Assembly (NCBI GenBank): GCA_964509845.1
Contig: CAZDZG010000003.1
Coordinates: 1 to 45,829 of the forward strand
Reading direction: 5' to 3'
Length of the DNA: 45,829 nt
Source of the DNA: Candidatus Hadarchaeota archaeon
GTDB lineage: Archaea; Hadarchaeota; Hadarchaeia; Hadarchaeales; WYZ-LMO6
Numbering within the stretch: position 1 is the stretch's first letter; each line of letters opens with the position of its first letter. Position numbers and translations under genes: made by a program. Positions 25,018-34,694 of the stretch are shown in pieces. The notes under the pieces are model-generated. The model worked only from the letters and a program-made list of their open reading frames with translations, made no database searches and was not told the DNA's origin.

Positions 25018-26805
25018 TCACATCAGGCCGTAGGTCGGATCCTCCTTCCGTTTGATGGTGAGGATCTCCTCCAGCACCCCCTGCTCGTCCCCGCTCAGGA
25101 GGTCCCTGAGCTCCCTTTGCAGCCTCAGGGCGTGGTCCCTGGGGATGTCGGTGTACAGGATATCCCCCTCTCGCAGGTTCCTCCCCACCACCCCACCCTC
25201 GATGGAGATGGCCAGCTCCTCCCCCGCCCTCGCCTCCGCCACGCTCTTCTTTTCCTTCTGCATCTCCCTGACCCTTCCCACGGGCTTCCCGTCCTTCCTC
25301 ATGAGGGGGTACTTGGGCTTGAGAACCCCTCCCAGGATCGAGACCCCCACGATGGCCGGCTCGCTCCGTCTGAAGACGTATCCGGGCTTGAGGGTGAGCT
25401 TGGCGGGCCTGATCACGGCCTCCAGCTTCTTCTCCCTCACCTCCTGCTGTTTGGCCTCCCTCCATCTCTCGAAGTCCTCCAGCAGCTCGTAGATGACCTT
25501 CCCCGTCAGGATCTCCACCCCGGTCCTGGCCGCCTCCTCCCTGGCCTCGGGCAGGACCGAGACGTTGAAGGCCAGGATCACCCCCAGCAGGGGATCGCTC
25601 TGGGCCACGGTGGAGGCCTCCACCACCTCCCTCCTGGAGACATCCCCCACGTCCGCCCACCTTATGGGTATCCCCTTGCTCCTCAGCTGTCCCTCCAGCG
25701 CCTCCAGCGAGCCCAGGGTGTCGGCCTTCAGGATCACCCCGTTGAGGTCGGAGGTGAACCTGACCCTCCTCAGTTCCTCCTCCACCTCCTGCCAGAAGCT
25801 CTGGGCCTCGGAAAGGGACTCGATGACCCTGAAGGGGGTCCCCGCCACCACTCCCTCCAGCTGGGGGGCGGACACCCTGACCCCCGCGGCGGCGGTCACG
25901 CTCCTCACCTGCTCAAAGCGGTCCTCCGGATCCCTTATCTCGTCCAGGGGCCTGGGCTTCAGGATGGCCCTCACCCTGGACACCTTGACCCCTCCCTTCC
26001 CCACCGCCGCAAAGAGGTCCCCCACCGACAGCCTTCCGTCGTACAGGATCACATCCATCACCGTCCCCAGCCCCGTTTCCTCCTTCACCTCCAGCACGGT
26101 GCCCTTCCCCGGCCCGGTGACCTCCACCGTCAGGGCCTCCCTCAGGAAGCGCTGGGCCAGGCCCGCCAGCACCACCAGCAGTTCCGCCAGCCCCTCCCCC
26201 GTCTTGGCGCTCACGGGGACGATGCAGACCTGCCTCTTGAAGTCCGTCACCCTGTCGAACCTCTCCGAGTCGAACCCCTGCCGGTGCAGCTCCCCCACCA
26301 GCTCGTAGATCTTCCTGTCCAGCGCCATCTCCACCTCCCTCCCCTGCTTCCTCACCGACTCCAGGAAGCTCTTCCCGCCCGAGGGCCTCCAGCCCGGGAT
26401 GAGGTCGATCTTGTTGGCGGCCACCAGGAAGGGGGTCTTGTAGGTCCGGAGAATTTGCAGGGACTCGAAGGTCTGGGGCATGAATCCTTCCTTCACGTCC
26501 ACCACCAGCACGGCCAGGTCGGCCAGGCTCCCCCCCCTCTTCCTGAGGTTGGTGAAGGCCTCGTGGCCAGGGGTGTCCACGAAGAGGAGGCCGGGCACCT
26601 GCAGCTCTATTCCCATCTTCTTCATCAGCTCCCCGCTGATCTCCCTGATGGAAGCCAGGGGAACCTCGGAGGCCCCTATCCACTGGGTGATCCTGCCCGG
26701 CTCCCTGGCGGCCACCGCCGTTCCCCTTATGGTGTCGAGCAGGGTGGTCTTGCCGTGGTCCACGTGTCCCAGGATGGCCACGATGGGGCAGCGTATGGCC
26801 TTCAT
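25018..26805 (-). CDS. infB: translation initiation factor aIF5B (IF2 homologue)
   Basis: 595-aa ORF with GTPase motifs GHVDHGKTT, DTPGH and NKID. Length suggests no intein. Confidence 0.95.
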   Translation of the reverse strand: MKAIRCPIVAILGHVDHGKTTLLDTIRGTAVAAREPGRITQWIGASEVPLASIREISGELMKKMGIELQVPGLLFVDTPGHEAFTNLRKRGGSLADLAVLVVDVKEGFMPQTFESLQILRTYKTPFLVAANKIDLIPGWRPSGGKSFLESVRKQGREVEMALDRKIYELVGELHRQGFDSERFDRVTDFKRQVCIVPVSAKTGEGLAELLVVLAGLAQRFLREALTVEVTGPGKGTVLEVKEETGLGTVMDVILYDGRLSVGDLFAAVGKGGVKVSRVRAILKPRPLDEIRDPEDRFEQVRSVTAAAGVRVSAPQLEGVVAGTPFRVIESLSEAQSFWQEVEEELRRVRFTSDLNGVILKADTLGSLEALEGQLRSKGIPIRWADVGDVSRREVVEASTVAQSDPLLGVILAFNVSVLPEAREEAARTGVEILTGKVIYELLEDFERWREAKQQEVREKKLEAVIRPAKLTLKPGYVFRRSEPAIVGVSILGGVLKPKYPLMRKDGKPVGRVREMQKEKKSVAEARAGEELAISIEGGVVGRNLREGDILYTDIPRDHALRLQRELRDLLSGDEQGVLEEILTIKRKEDPTYGLM

Positions 26806-26847
26806 GCCTGAGTAACTGGACCTCCACCTCCAAAATACTTCCCGCCC

Positions 26848-27057
26848 TCAGGAGCCGGACGTCCCCAGCCTCTGCAGCTTTTCCTTCCTGTACCTCTCCG
26901 TCCAGCGGACGCGGTGGGGCTTCCTTCCCAGGTTGAAGTTGCGCTCGCACTTGGAGGAGCAGAAGTACAGGAGGGTGCCGTCTCTCCTGACCAGCATGGT
27001 TCCCGTTCCGGGGATCATCCTCTTCCCGCAGAAGCTGCACTTGAGGCTGGCCGGCAA
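26848..27057 (-). CDS. rpl24e: 50S ribosomal protein L24e (eL24)
   Basis: 69-aa ORF: CSFCGKRMIPGTGTMLVRRDGTLLYFCSSKCERNF. Confidence 0.92.
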   Translation of the reverse strand: MPASLKCSFCGKRMIPGTGTMLVRRDGTLLYFCSSKCERNFNLGRKPHRVRWTERYRKEKLQRLGTSGS

Positions 27058-27276
27058 CTACGGCACCTTTATCTCCTTGGCCTCCCTTTCCGTCTCCCTG
27101 AGCATGAGGATGTCCCCCACCTGAACGGGTCCCCTGACGTTCCTGGTCAGGATCCTGCCCTTGTCCGGCCCCTCCAGCACCCTGCACCTCACCTGCTTGA
27201 CCTCCCCCGCCACCCCCGTTCTCCCCTTTATCTGCAGGACTTCGGCCGGATAACCTAGCACGGTTTCCTCGGGCAT
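27058..27276 (-). CDS. rps28e: 30S ribosomal protein S28e (eS28)
   Basis: 72-aa ORF: [56 protein letters not shown]. Confidence 0.92.
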   Translation of the reverse strand: MPEETVLGYPAEVLQIKGRTGVAGEVKQVRCRVLEGPDKGRILTRNVRGPVQVGDILMLRETEREAKEIKVP

Positions 27277-27280
27277 CCCA

Positions 27281-27652
27281 TCATCGCTTGAGTTCCTTGA
27301 GCCTGGCCAGGATCTCCTTGATCAGGCCCTCCGCCCCCCCCTCCTCCAGGATGGCCACGCTGGCCGACGCCACCTCTATCCCCGCGGCGGTCCCCAGCTC
27401 GGCCTTCTTCGGCACGTAGATGTAGGGAACCCCCCTCTCCTCGCAGAGGGGGGGGAGGTGGGCGACCACCTCGGGCGGGTCCACGTCCTCGGCTATCACC
27501 ACCAGCTTGGCCTGCTTGCGCTCCACCGCCTTAACGGTTTCGTTCACCCCCTTCTTGATCTTCCCCGTCTTCCTGGCCTCCTCCACCGCCTCGTAGACCT
27601 TCTCGGCCAGGTCCGGGGGCACCTCGAAGCGCACGTAGATGGGCTTCGGCAT
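27281..27652 (-). CDS. rpl7ae: 50S ribosomal protein L7Ae (eL8, K-turn binding)
   Basis: [12 protein letters not shown]...[47 protein letters not shown]. The ORF track extends to 27682, but ATG 27652 matches the usual N-terminus and follows GGTGGAGGG. Confidence 0.9.
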   Translation of the reverse strand: MPKPIYVRFEVPPDLAEKVYEAVEEARKTGKIKKGVNETVKAVERKQAKLVVIAEDVDPPEVVAHLPPLCEERGVPYIYVPKKAELGTAAGIEVASASVAILEEGGAEGLIKEILARLKELKR

Positions 27653-27703
27653 CCGCATCCCTCCACCTATCAGGTCATACATTCGAGGGGATTGGTTTTA
27701 AAG

Positions 27704-28270
27704 CTATGGGGAAGGTCCGAAGAACCTGCGGAACAGGGGCTCCAGGTCCTCCGGTCCCCTCAGGATCTCCACCCCCTCCATCCTCCTGAGCCTTTCCACG
27801 TTCTCCACATCCTCCTTCCTTATCCTCAGGGTGAGCTCCTCCCCCCCCGGCAGCCTGGTGGTGACGAAGCCCTCCCTCAGGTCGGAGGGCATCACGCAGA
27901 CGGGGACGGGGGGATACACCTTCAGGGCCTGGAGGGCGGAGTTGGAGAGGAGGGAATCTCCTATCCCCACCGCTATCTTGGCCACCGTGTTGGAGGTGGC
28001 GGGGGCGATCAGGAGGAAGCGGTAAGCCCCCCTCTGCAGGGCCCCGGCCAGGAAGGGCTGGTTGGGACCCTTCTCCACCGAGAGCTTGCCGAAGGTCCCC
28101 TCCAACTCCTCCCAGAGCCCGTACATCCTCACCACCTCCTCCCCCGCCCTGGAGAGGAAGACCCTTATCTCCACCTCCCGGTACCTTCCGGCCAGCCTCT
28201 TCATCTCCCCCACGATCTCCCTGAGCCTGTCCCCGCTCCCCGTGATTCCCCAGGCCACCCTACCTGGCAT
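27704..28270 (-). CDS. afpA: archaeoflavoprotein AfpA-like (HFCD-type flavoprotein)
   Basis: 188-aa ORF with AWGITGSGD and IAPATSNTVAKIAVGIGDSLLSN motifs. Confidence 0.7.
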   Translation of the reverse strand: MPGRVAWGITGSGDRLREIVGEMKRLAGRYREVEIRVFLSRAGEEVVRMYGLWEELEGTFGKLSVEKGPNQPFLAGALQRGAYRFLLIAPATSNTVAKIAVGIGDSLLSNSALQALKVYPPVPVCVMPSDLREGFVTTRLPGGEELTLRIRKEDVENVERLRRMEGVEILRGPEDLEPLFRRFFGPSP

Positions 28271-28847
28271 ACCTCTCCAGCGCCTCCGCGAACCTCTCCA
28301 CGGTCCTATCCAGGGTCCTGAGGCCTTCCTCGTCCGTTCCCTCCCCGTCCACCCTGTCCCTGCTCCAGAAGGTGGCCCCCAGGTTGGCCCCGAAGGCTCC
28401 CCCGCTCACGGGGATCACCCCGTTGAGGAGGTAGAAGGTGTGGATCTGGAGGAGGGCCAGCTCCTGTCCCCCCATCCTGTCTCCCCCCACCGCTATCCCC
28501 ATCCCCACCTTCCCCCTCAGGGCGTCCGGGCGGGAGGCCAGCAGGGCCCTGGTGCGGTCCATCACCGCCTTTAGCTGGGCGCTGCATCCCCCGTTGTAGA
28601 CGGGGGTGGCCAGGATCAGTCCCCTCGCTTCCTGCAGGTGTCCGTAGAGCTCCTGCATGTCGTCCTGGAGGGCGCACCTCCCGTGCCTGAGGCAGAAGTC
28701 GCAGTGGCGGCAGTATCCCACGGTTTTCTCCCTAACGGTGAAGAAGCGGGTGGGGAAGCCCTTTTCCTCCAGCTTGCGCAGGGCCCTGAGCAGGGCCCCT
28801 TCCGTTGCCCCCTTCCTGGGGCTCCCGCAGATGCCCAGGACCAGCAT
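28260..28847 (-). CDS. iron-sulfur flavoprotein (Isf / NADPH-dependent FMN reductase family)
   Basis: 195-aa ORF with GICGSPRKG, a compact Cys motif CRHCDFCLRHGRC (CX2CX2CX5C) and ATPVYNG. Confidence 0.75.
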   Translation of the reverse strand: MLVLGICGSPRKGATEGALLRALRKLEEKGFPTRFFTVREKTVGYCRHCDFCLRHGRCALQDDMQELYGHLQEARGLILATPVYNGGCSAQLKAVMDRTRALLASRPDALRGKVGMGIAVGGDRMGGQELALLQIHTFYLLNGVIPVSGGAFGANLGATFWSRDRVDGEGTDEEGLRTLDRTVERFAEALERYAR

Positions 28848-28851
28848 TCCC

Positions 28852-30537
28852 CTACCGGTGTGCGAAGACCGTCCATATCTCCCTTCCGGTTCTCTCCACC
28901 CTCACGAAGCCGTAGCGCTCGAACTGCAGGATCTCCCCCTCCCCCACCTCCTTAAGCCCCGGTTCCCCCCATCCCTCCTCGAGCGAGCCGTCCGGCCTCA
29001 GGACCCTCACCCTCACCGGATCCGCCGAAACCCACTGGATCTTGGGAACGTCCGGCAGGAGCTCCAGGCCCTCGAACTCGGCCTCGGGCGGGGACTTGGA
29101 GAGCAGGCGCACGTTCATCAGGTCCTTGAGCCTGAAGACCTGTCCCTCCTTCAGAGCCTCCAGGTCGCGGGAGGGGATGAGGACCAGCAGGTGCCCGTCC
29201 TCATACCTGAGGGGAAGGAGCCTCCTTCCCCTCTCCGGATGGGAGGGGTGGAGGGGAAGCTCCGCCGCGGGAAGGCTGGGGGCCTTCCTGATCCTCATCC
29301 AGACCCCGTCCGGGATGAAGAAGTACCTCAGGGCCAGGTCGTCCACCAGCTTCCGGTTCTGGGCCTCCAGGACCTCCCAGCTGAGGGAGGCGTCCACGGG
29401 GGTGAGCCCCACCTCCAGGATCACCCTCCTTATGCTCTCGGGCAGGAACCCCCTCCTGCGGAGGGAGGCGAGGGTGCCCAGCCTGACGTCGTCGTAGCCC
29501 TGCAGCTCCCCCCTTTCCACCGCCCTGACTATCTCCGTCTTGCTGAGCTTGGTCCCCGCCAGCGTGAGGCGCCCATACTGGATCACCGTGGGATACTCCC
29601 ATCCCAGCAGCTGGAAGAGCAGGCGCTGCCTGGCCTCGTTCACCTCGTGTTCCTTCCCCCTTATCACGTGCGTGATTCCCATCTCGTGGTCGTCCACGGA
29701 GACCGAGAAGTTGTAGAGGGGCCAGACCCGGTACCTCCTCCCCACCCTGGGGTGGGGATCCTCCACCACCCTGAAGGCGGGCCAGTCCCGCAGGGCCGGG
29801 TTGGGGAGACCCAGGTCGGTCCTTATCCTGAGCACCGCCTCCCCCTCCCGGTACCTTCCCCCCTTCATCCCCTCCCACCTTTCCAGGTGCTGGGAGGGGG
29901 GAAGCTCCCTGCACGGGCAGGGAAGGCCCCTGTCCCTTCTCTCCCTGAACTCCTCCGCCCTGCAGAGGCAGACGTAGGCCTTCCCCTCCTCCAGCAGGAG
30001 CTCGGCCACCCGGTAGTAGAGCTCCAGGCGGTCGGACTGGTAGAACTCCTCGTCCCACCCTATCCCCAGCCACCTCAGGTCCTCCCTTATCCTGTCGTAC
30101 ATCTCGGCCCTGGCGTTGGAGGGGTTGGTGTCCTCGAACCTCAGGATGAACTTCCCCCCGTACAGGCGGGCGTACTCGTGGCTCAGAAGGGCGGCCCGCA
30201 CGTGCCCCAGGTGCAGGGGGCCGTTGGGGTTGGGGGCGAACCTGGTCACCACCCTTTCGTACCTCTCCACGTTCGGGAGTTCGGGCAGGCCCCTCCTCCT
30301 TTCCCTCCTCTCCCTCCTCCTCCCCTCCCCCACCCTCCTCCGCTGCTCCTCCGGGGAGAGGGCGTTGACCTCCGCCAGGATCTCCTCGACCAGGGGCAGG
30401 AGCTCCCTGAGCCTGGGGCGGAGCTCGGGGAACTCCGCCGCCATCCTCCTCACCACCGGATCGAGGAGGGCCCTTCCCCCGTGCTCCACCGCGTTTTCCA
30501 GGGCCAGCCTGAGCAGCCTGTTCCTCAGGTCCTCCAA
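28852..30537 (-). CDS. gltX: glutamyl-tRNA synthetase (archaeal/eukaryal type)
   Basis: 561-aa ORF with RFAPNPNGPLHLGH (HIGH) and KLSKT (KMSKS). Confidence 0.92.
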   Translation of the reverse strand: MEDLRNRLLRLALENAVEHGGRALLDPVVRRMAAEFPELRPRLRELLPLVEEILAEVNALSPEEQRRRVGEGRRRERRERRRGLPELPNVERYERVVTRFAPNPNGPLHLGHVRAALLSHEYARLYGGKFILRFEDTNPSNARAEMYDRIREDLRWLGIGWDEEFYQSDRLELYYRVAELLLEEGKAYVCLCRAEEFRERRDRGLPCPCRELPPSQHLERWEGMKGGRYREGEAVLRIRTDLGLPNPALRDWPAFRVVEDPHPRVGRRYRVWPLYNFSVSVDDHEMGITHVIRGKEHEVNEARQRLLFQLLGWEYPTVIQYGRLTLAGTKLSKTEIVRAVERGELQGYDDVRLGTLASLRRRGFLPESIRRVILEVGLTPVDASLSWEVLEAQNRKLVDDLALRYFFIPDGVWMRIRKAPSLPAAELPLHPSHPERGRRLLPLRYEDGHLLVLIPSRDLEALKEGQVFRLKDLMNVRLLSKSPPEAEFEGLELLPDVPKIQWVSADPVRVRVLRPDGSLEEGWGEPGLKEVGEGEILQFERYGFVRVERTGREIWTVFAHR

Positions 30538-30541
30538 GCCC

Positions 30542-31534
30542 CTACACCCGGCGCTCGATTACGAAGTCCGCCAGCTCCTCTAAAAAGCTGAGAGCCTCCG
30601 ACCGCGGGAAGCCCCCCAGTTCCCTCCTGGCCCTTTCCGAAAACTCCCTCGCCCTCTTCCTGGCCTCCTCCACGATCCCCCTCCGCACGAGCAGGGAGAC
30701 CACCTCCTCCACCTCCCCCTTCCCTGCCGGCCTCCCCAGCACCCCCAGCAGCTTCCTCCTTTCCTCCCCCCTCAGCCTGCGCAGGGCCAGGCAGACCACC
30801 AGCGTGCGTTTTCCCTCCCTCAGGTCCGATCCCACGGGCTTCCCCATCTCCTCCTTCTCCCCCACCAGCCCGAGGATGTCGTCCTGGATCTGGAAGGCGA
30901 TTCCCAGGTTCTCCCCGTACCTCCCCAGCCTCCTCACCTGGGAGGGGGTCCCTCCCCCCAGCAGGGCCCCGGCGGAGGCGCAGGCCCTCATCAGGGCCCC
31001 CGTCTTCAGGGAGACCATTCGCACGTACTCCTCCTCCGTGAGGTTCAGGCGGCGGGAGAGGAGGAGGTCAAGGGCCTGCCCCTGGCTCAGCTCGAAGCTC
31101 GCCCTGCTCACCAGCCTGAAGAGCTCGGCGGTCCTCCTCCCGTCCATCCCTATCCTGGAGGCGTTGAGGGAGAGGGCCTCGAAGACCTTGGCGAAGAGGG
31201 CGTCCCCGGCCAGGATGGCCATGGGTTCCCCCCAGATCCTGTGGACGGTCCTCACCCCCCTTCTGAGGGGGGAGTGATCCATGATGTCGTCGTGGATGAG
31301 GGAGAAGGTGTGCAGGAGCTCCAGGGCCGCCGCCGTTTCCAGGGCCCCCTCGGCCCTTCCCCCCACCACCTCGCAGCAGGCCAGGGTCAGGCACGGGCGC
31401 AGCCTCTTTCCCCCGGCCTTCACCAGGTGAAGGGAGGCCTCCCTCAGCTCCCCCGGTTCCGTCCCCGAGAGGAGACGGCGGAGGACCCCCTCCACCGCCG
31501 GGCTCCTTTTGGCCACGTACTCCAGGACGCTCAT
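30542..31534 (-). CDS. idsA: geranylgeranyl diphosphate synthase (trans-polyprenyl synthase)
   Basis: It has the two Asp-rich motifs, IHDDIMD and QIQDDILG. The true start ATG 31534 (MSVLEYV) forms an ATGA overlap with the RNase J stop. The track ORF extends spuriously to 31648. Confidence 0.88.
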   Translation of the reverse strand: MSVLEYVAKRSPAVEGVLRRLLSGTEPGELREASLHLVKAGGKRLRPCLTLACCEVVGGRAEGALETAAALELLHTFSLIHDDIMDHSPLRRGVRTVHRIWGEPMAILAGDALFAKVFEALSLNASRIGMDGRRTAELFRLVSRASFELSQGQALDLLLSRRLNLTEEEYVRMVSLKTGALMRACASAGALLGGGTPSQVRRLGRYGENLGIAFQIQDDILGLVGEKEEMGKPVGSDLREGKRTLVVCLALRRLRGEERRKLLGVLGRPAGKGEVEEVVSLLVRRGIVEEARKRAREFSERARRELGGFPRSEALSFLEELADFVIERRV

Positions 31535-32841
31535 CCTCCCAGCCTCAGGGGACGGCCGTTCTCGAGCCGGTGCAGGAGCCCCTCCCCATACCCCAGCTCC
31601 CTTCCCAGCTCCACCAGGGCCTCCAGCTTCTCGGGGGTGCCGTGACAAGGAAGGAGGTGCTTGGGGGAGAGGGCCCTCAGGAACTCGGCCGTGTCCCTCC
31701 TGGCGGCGTGGCCCGAGACGTGCACGTCACGGTGTATGACGGCCCCCTGCACCGTTAGCTTGGCCTCCAGAAGGCTTCGGTTGTTCTGGTTGATGGGGTT
31801 GGGGATGACGCTGGCGGAGAAGATCACCTGATCCCCCTCCTCTATCCGGAAGGGAAGCTTGTGATCGGCTATCTTGCTCAGCACGGAGGTGGGCTCCCCC
31901 TGGTGTCCCGTGCAGATGAGCACGTAGTCACCCCTGGAGCCGTTGGCCTTCTTCAGGAACTTCTTGATGGAAGGTGGGGTTCCGTGGATGGGGAGGTCCG
32001 GGGGGAGGTGGACCAGGTTGAGGCTCAGGGCGGCGGAGAGGTAGTGGCGCAGGGACCTCCCCACCACCACCGGAATCCTGCCCAGCTCCTCCGAAAGCTC
32101 CACGATGGACCTTATCCTGGCTATGTGGGAGGAGAAGGTGGTGACCAGCATGGCCTTTCCCTTCCTCTCCGCCCTCCCCATGGTCTCCTCCAGCATCCTT
32201 CTGGCCTTCCCCTCGCTTCCCGTGGGACCGGGCTCGTCCACCCTCACCGCCCCCACCATGGCCGCCTCCAGCTCCCCCACCCTCCTCCTCAGCTCCTGCA
32301 GGTCGGTGGGCTGGCCGAGCAGGGGCTCCTCGTCCAGCTTGAAGTCGGTGGCGAAGAGGAGGGAGTGATCCCCCTCCCTGAGCAGCAGGAAGACGGTCTG
32401 GGGGATGCTGTGGTTGGCGGGGAGGAAGTGGACCTCCAGGTCCCCCAGCTCCACCCTCTCCCCCGGCCTCACGGGCACCATCTCCGTTTCCTTTCCCTCC
32501 TCCAGCACCAGGCGCTTCACCAGCTCCAGCGTGTAGGGGGTGCCGTAGAGGGGGGCCCGGTAGAAGCGCAGGAGCTTTCCCACCGCCCCTATGTGATCCA
32601 GGTGGCCGTGGGTGAGGAGGATGGCCCTGACCTTCTTTCCCCTCAGGGGACGGTCGTCCGGTATGGCGCTGATCCTCACCAGCTCCTCCAGGCTCATCCT
32701 CGAGAGGTCGGCCTCCTCGAAGGCCTGGATGGCATCCAGCCTCACCCCCATGTCCACCACCACATAGCCTCCCCCCAGGTTCACGGCCGTCATGTTCCTC
32801 CCCACCTCCCCCAGCCCTCCCAGCGGGAGAACCTCAAGCAA
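31531..32841 (-). CDS. rnj: beta-CASP ribonuclease, archaeal RNase J-like
   Basis: 436-aa ORF with TTG start and motifs [24 protein letters not shown] and PCHGTPE. Confidence 0.75.
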   Translation of the reverse strand: MLEVLPLGGLGEVGRNMTAVNLGGGYVVVDMGVRLDAIQAFEEADLSRMSLEELVRISAIPDDRPLRGKKVRAILLTHGHLDHIGAVGKLLRFYRAPLYGTPYTLELVKRLVLEEGKETEMVPVRPGERVELGDLEVHFLPANHSIPQTVFLLLREGDHSLLFATDFKLDEEPLLGQPTDLQELRRRVGELEAAMVGAVRVDEPGPTGSEGKARRMLEETMGRAERKGKAMLVTTFSSHIARIRSIVELSEELGRIPVVVGRSLRHYLSAALSLNLVHLPPDLPIHGTPPSIKKFLKKANGSRGDYVLICTGHQGEPTSVLSKIADHKLPFRIEEGDQVIFSASVIPNPINQNNRSLLEAKLTVQGAVIHRDVHVSGHAARRDTAEFLRALSPKHLLPCHGTPEKLEALVELGRELGYGEGLLHRLENGRPLRLGG

Positions 32842-33850
32842 GCCCGGCCCTCCTCCCCGGCTTTATCCCCCTGGCCAGGAACCACTCCCTGGTCCTGCCC
32901 GTCACCACCAGGGGGACCCTCTTCAGCTCCTGCGGCCTCCTGCATCCGGTGAGGAACATGGCCACCCTTAACTCCCTGAGGAACTCCTCCAGCCACCTCT
33001 CCGCCTCCCTCCTTCCCTTCCAGGCCGCCCTCAGGAGGGGAAGGGCCACGCCCACCAGATCGGCGCCCAGGGCCAGGGCCTTGGCGGCGTCCAGGCCCGA
33101 ACGTATCCCCCCGCTGGCTATCACCGGAACCTTCACCGCTCCGGCCACCTCCGCCGTGCACACGGCCGTGGGGATGCCCCAGTCCCAGAAGGTCCTGCCC
33201 AGCCTGGCGGCGGCAGGGTTCCTGAGGGCCTCCACCCCCGCCCAGGAGGTGCCGCCTGCCCCGCTCACGTCGATGGCCGCCACCCCGGCCCTGACCAGCT
33301 GCCTGGCCACCCCGCCGCTTATTCCCGCCCCGGTCTCCTTGGCTATCACGGGCACCCCCACCCCTGCGCAGATCCTCCTCAGCCTGGAGAGTCCACCCCT
33401 GTAATCCGGCCTCCCCTCCCGCTGGACGACCTCCTGCAGGGGATTCAGGTGGATGGAGAGGGCATCCGCCCCTATCATCTCCACGGCCCTCCTGGCCTCC
33501 CTCACCTCCTCCCCTGAGAACTGGGAAAGGCCCAGGTTGGCCACCAGGAAGACGTGGGGGGCGACGTCCCTCACCTTGTAGGTTTCGGCCAGCGATTCCT
33601 CCTCGAGGGCCGCCCTCTGGCTTCCCACCGCGAAGGCCACCCCCCTTTCCTCCGCCAGCGAGGCCAGGAGGCGGTTGAGCCTTCCCCCCTCCTCGTGCCC
33701 GCCGGTCATGGGGAGGATCATGAGGGGGGCCTCCAGCCTCCTCCCCAGGAAGGTCACGGAGAGGTCCACCTCCTCCGGGGAGAGTTCCGGGAGGGCGCGG
33801 TGCACCAGGTGGACGTCCTCCAGGCCCGTGGTGTTCCAGATCATCTCCAC
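32834..33850 (-). CDS. fni: isopentenyl-diphosphate delta-isomerase type 2 (FMN-dependent)
   Basis: Matches include LPMTGG, AVGSQR, KETG and ASGGIRSG. The conserved N-terminal [12 protein letters not shown] is encoded upstream of the track GTG start; the frame is open to 33919 but has no canonical start there. Confidence 0.88.
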   Translation of the reverse strand: MEMIWNTTGLEDVHLVHRALPELSPEEVDLSVTFLGRRLEAPLMILPMTGGHEEGGRLNRLLASLAEERGVAFAVGSQRAALEEESLAETYKVRDVAPHVFLVANLGLSQFSGEEVREARRAVEMIGADALSIHLNPLQEVVQREGRPDYRGGLSRLRRICAGVGVPVIAKETGAGISGGVARQLVRAGVAAIDVSGAGGTSWAGVEALRNPAAARLGRTFWDWGIPTAVCTAEVAGAVKVPVIASGGIRSGLDAAKALALGADLVGVALPLLRAAWKGRREAERWLEEFLRELRVAMFLTGCRRPQELKRVPLVVTGRTREWFLARGIKPGRRAGLA

Positions 33851-33911
33851 TTCCTTCCTCAGGCAGATCTCCAGGTGGGACCTCTTGCGCTCGCTCGTGG
33901 AGGTCGCGGTC

Positions 33912-34694
33912 TCACCCCCTCACCAGGGTCCCCAGGCTCCGATCCCCCTGCAGGGCCCTCCTCAGGACCCCCTTCTTGCAGGCGTTCACGATCTGGGACT
34001 CGATTCCCTTCCTGGCCAGCGCCAGCAGCTCGCGGACCTTCCCCAGCATCCCCTCCGTGACGTCCCAGCCTCCGGAGGGGGAGGGCCTCAGCCCCCTCCA
34101 GTCCGCCGGGGTTATCACCCTGAGGAGCCTGGCCTCCGGGTTAAGCTTGGGATCCTCGGTGAAGACCCCATCCACGTCCACCCCCAGCACCACGCGCGAG
34201 GCCCCGAGCCTGAGGGCCAGGTGGGCTACCAGCCTGTCTCCGGAAAGGATGTTCACCCCCTGTTTCAGGTCCATCACGGCATCCCCGTATAGCACGGGGA
34301 GGAGGCCCAGCTCCACCATCCTCCTGACGGGCCCGAGCTCCATCCTCCTTATCCTCCCCCCCTCCAGCACGCAGCAGGAGGAGGGGGGAACGGGAACGGC
34401 CGGCAGGCCCCTTCTCCTCAGCTCCCCCACCACGTGCAGGTTCAGTCGCTCCATGGCCTTCCTCACCTCCAGGAAGCCCCTGAGCTGCTCGGGCCCCCTC
34501 AGCCCCCCGGTGAGCCCGTACCTCTTGGCCAGGGGATGGCCGAAGGATCCTCCCCCGTGAACCAGCACCATCCCCTCCACCCCCTCCAGCTCCCCCGCCA
34601 GCCTCCTCAGGGTTCCCCTCCTCAGCGAGAACTCCCTGCGCTTGTCCGTGATCACGCTTCCGCCCAGCTTGACCACCACCGGGCCCGGCCTCAC
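33912..34694 (-). CDS. ipk: isopentenyl phosphate kinase (amino-acid kinase fold)
   Basis: [13 protein letters not shown] and HGGGSFGH are present. The likely GTG start at 34694 forms a GTGA overlap with the MEMO stop. The track ORF start 34841 is a spurious extension. Confidence 0.85.
   Translation of the reverse strand: MRPGPVVVKLGGSVITDKRREFSLRRGTLRRLAGELEGVEGMVLVHGGGSFGHPLAKRYGLTGGLRGPEQLRGFLEVRKAMERLNLHVVGELRRRGLPAVPVPPSSCCVLEGGRIRRMELGPVRRMVELGLLPVLYGDAVMDLKQGVNILSGDRLVAHLALRLGASRVVLGVDVDGVFTEDPKLNPEARLLRVITPADWRGLRPSPSGGWDVTEGMLGKVRELLALARKGIESQIVNACKKGVLRRALQGDRSLGTLVRG

Noticed and set aside
27653-27703. K-turn autoregulatory element in the L7Ae leader (CUGA and GGAUG boxes)
   Set aside because: The box order and spacing do not give a convincing C/D-type K-turn. 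This is probably just a TATA box (CTTTAAAA) plus a Shine-Dalgarno sequence.
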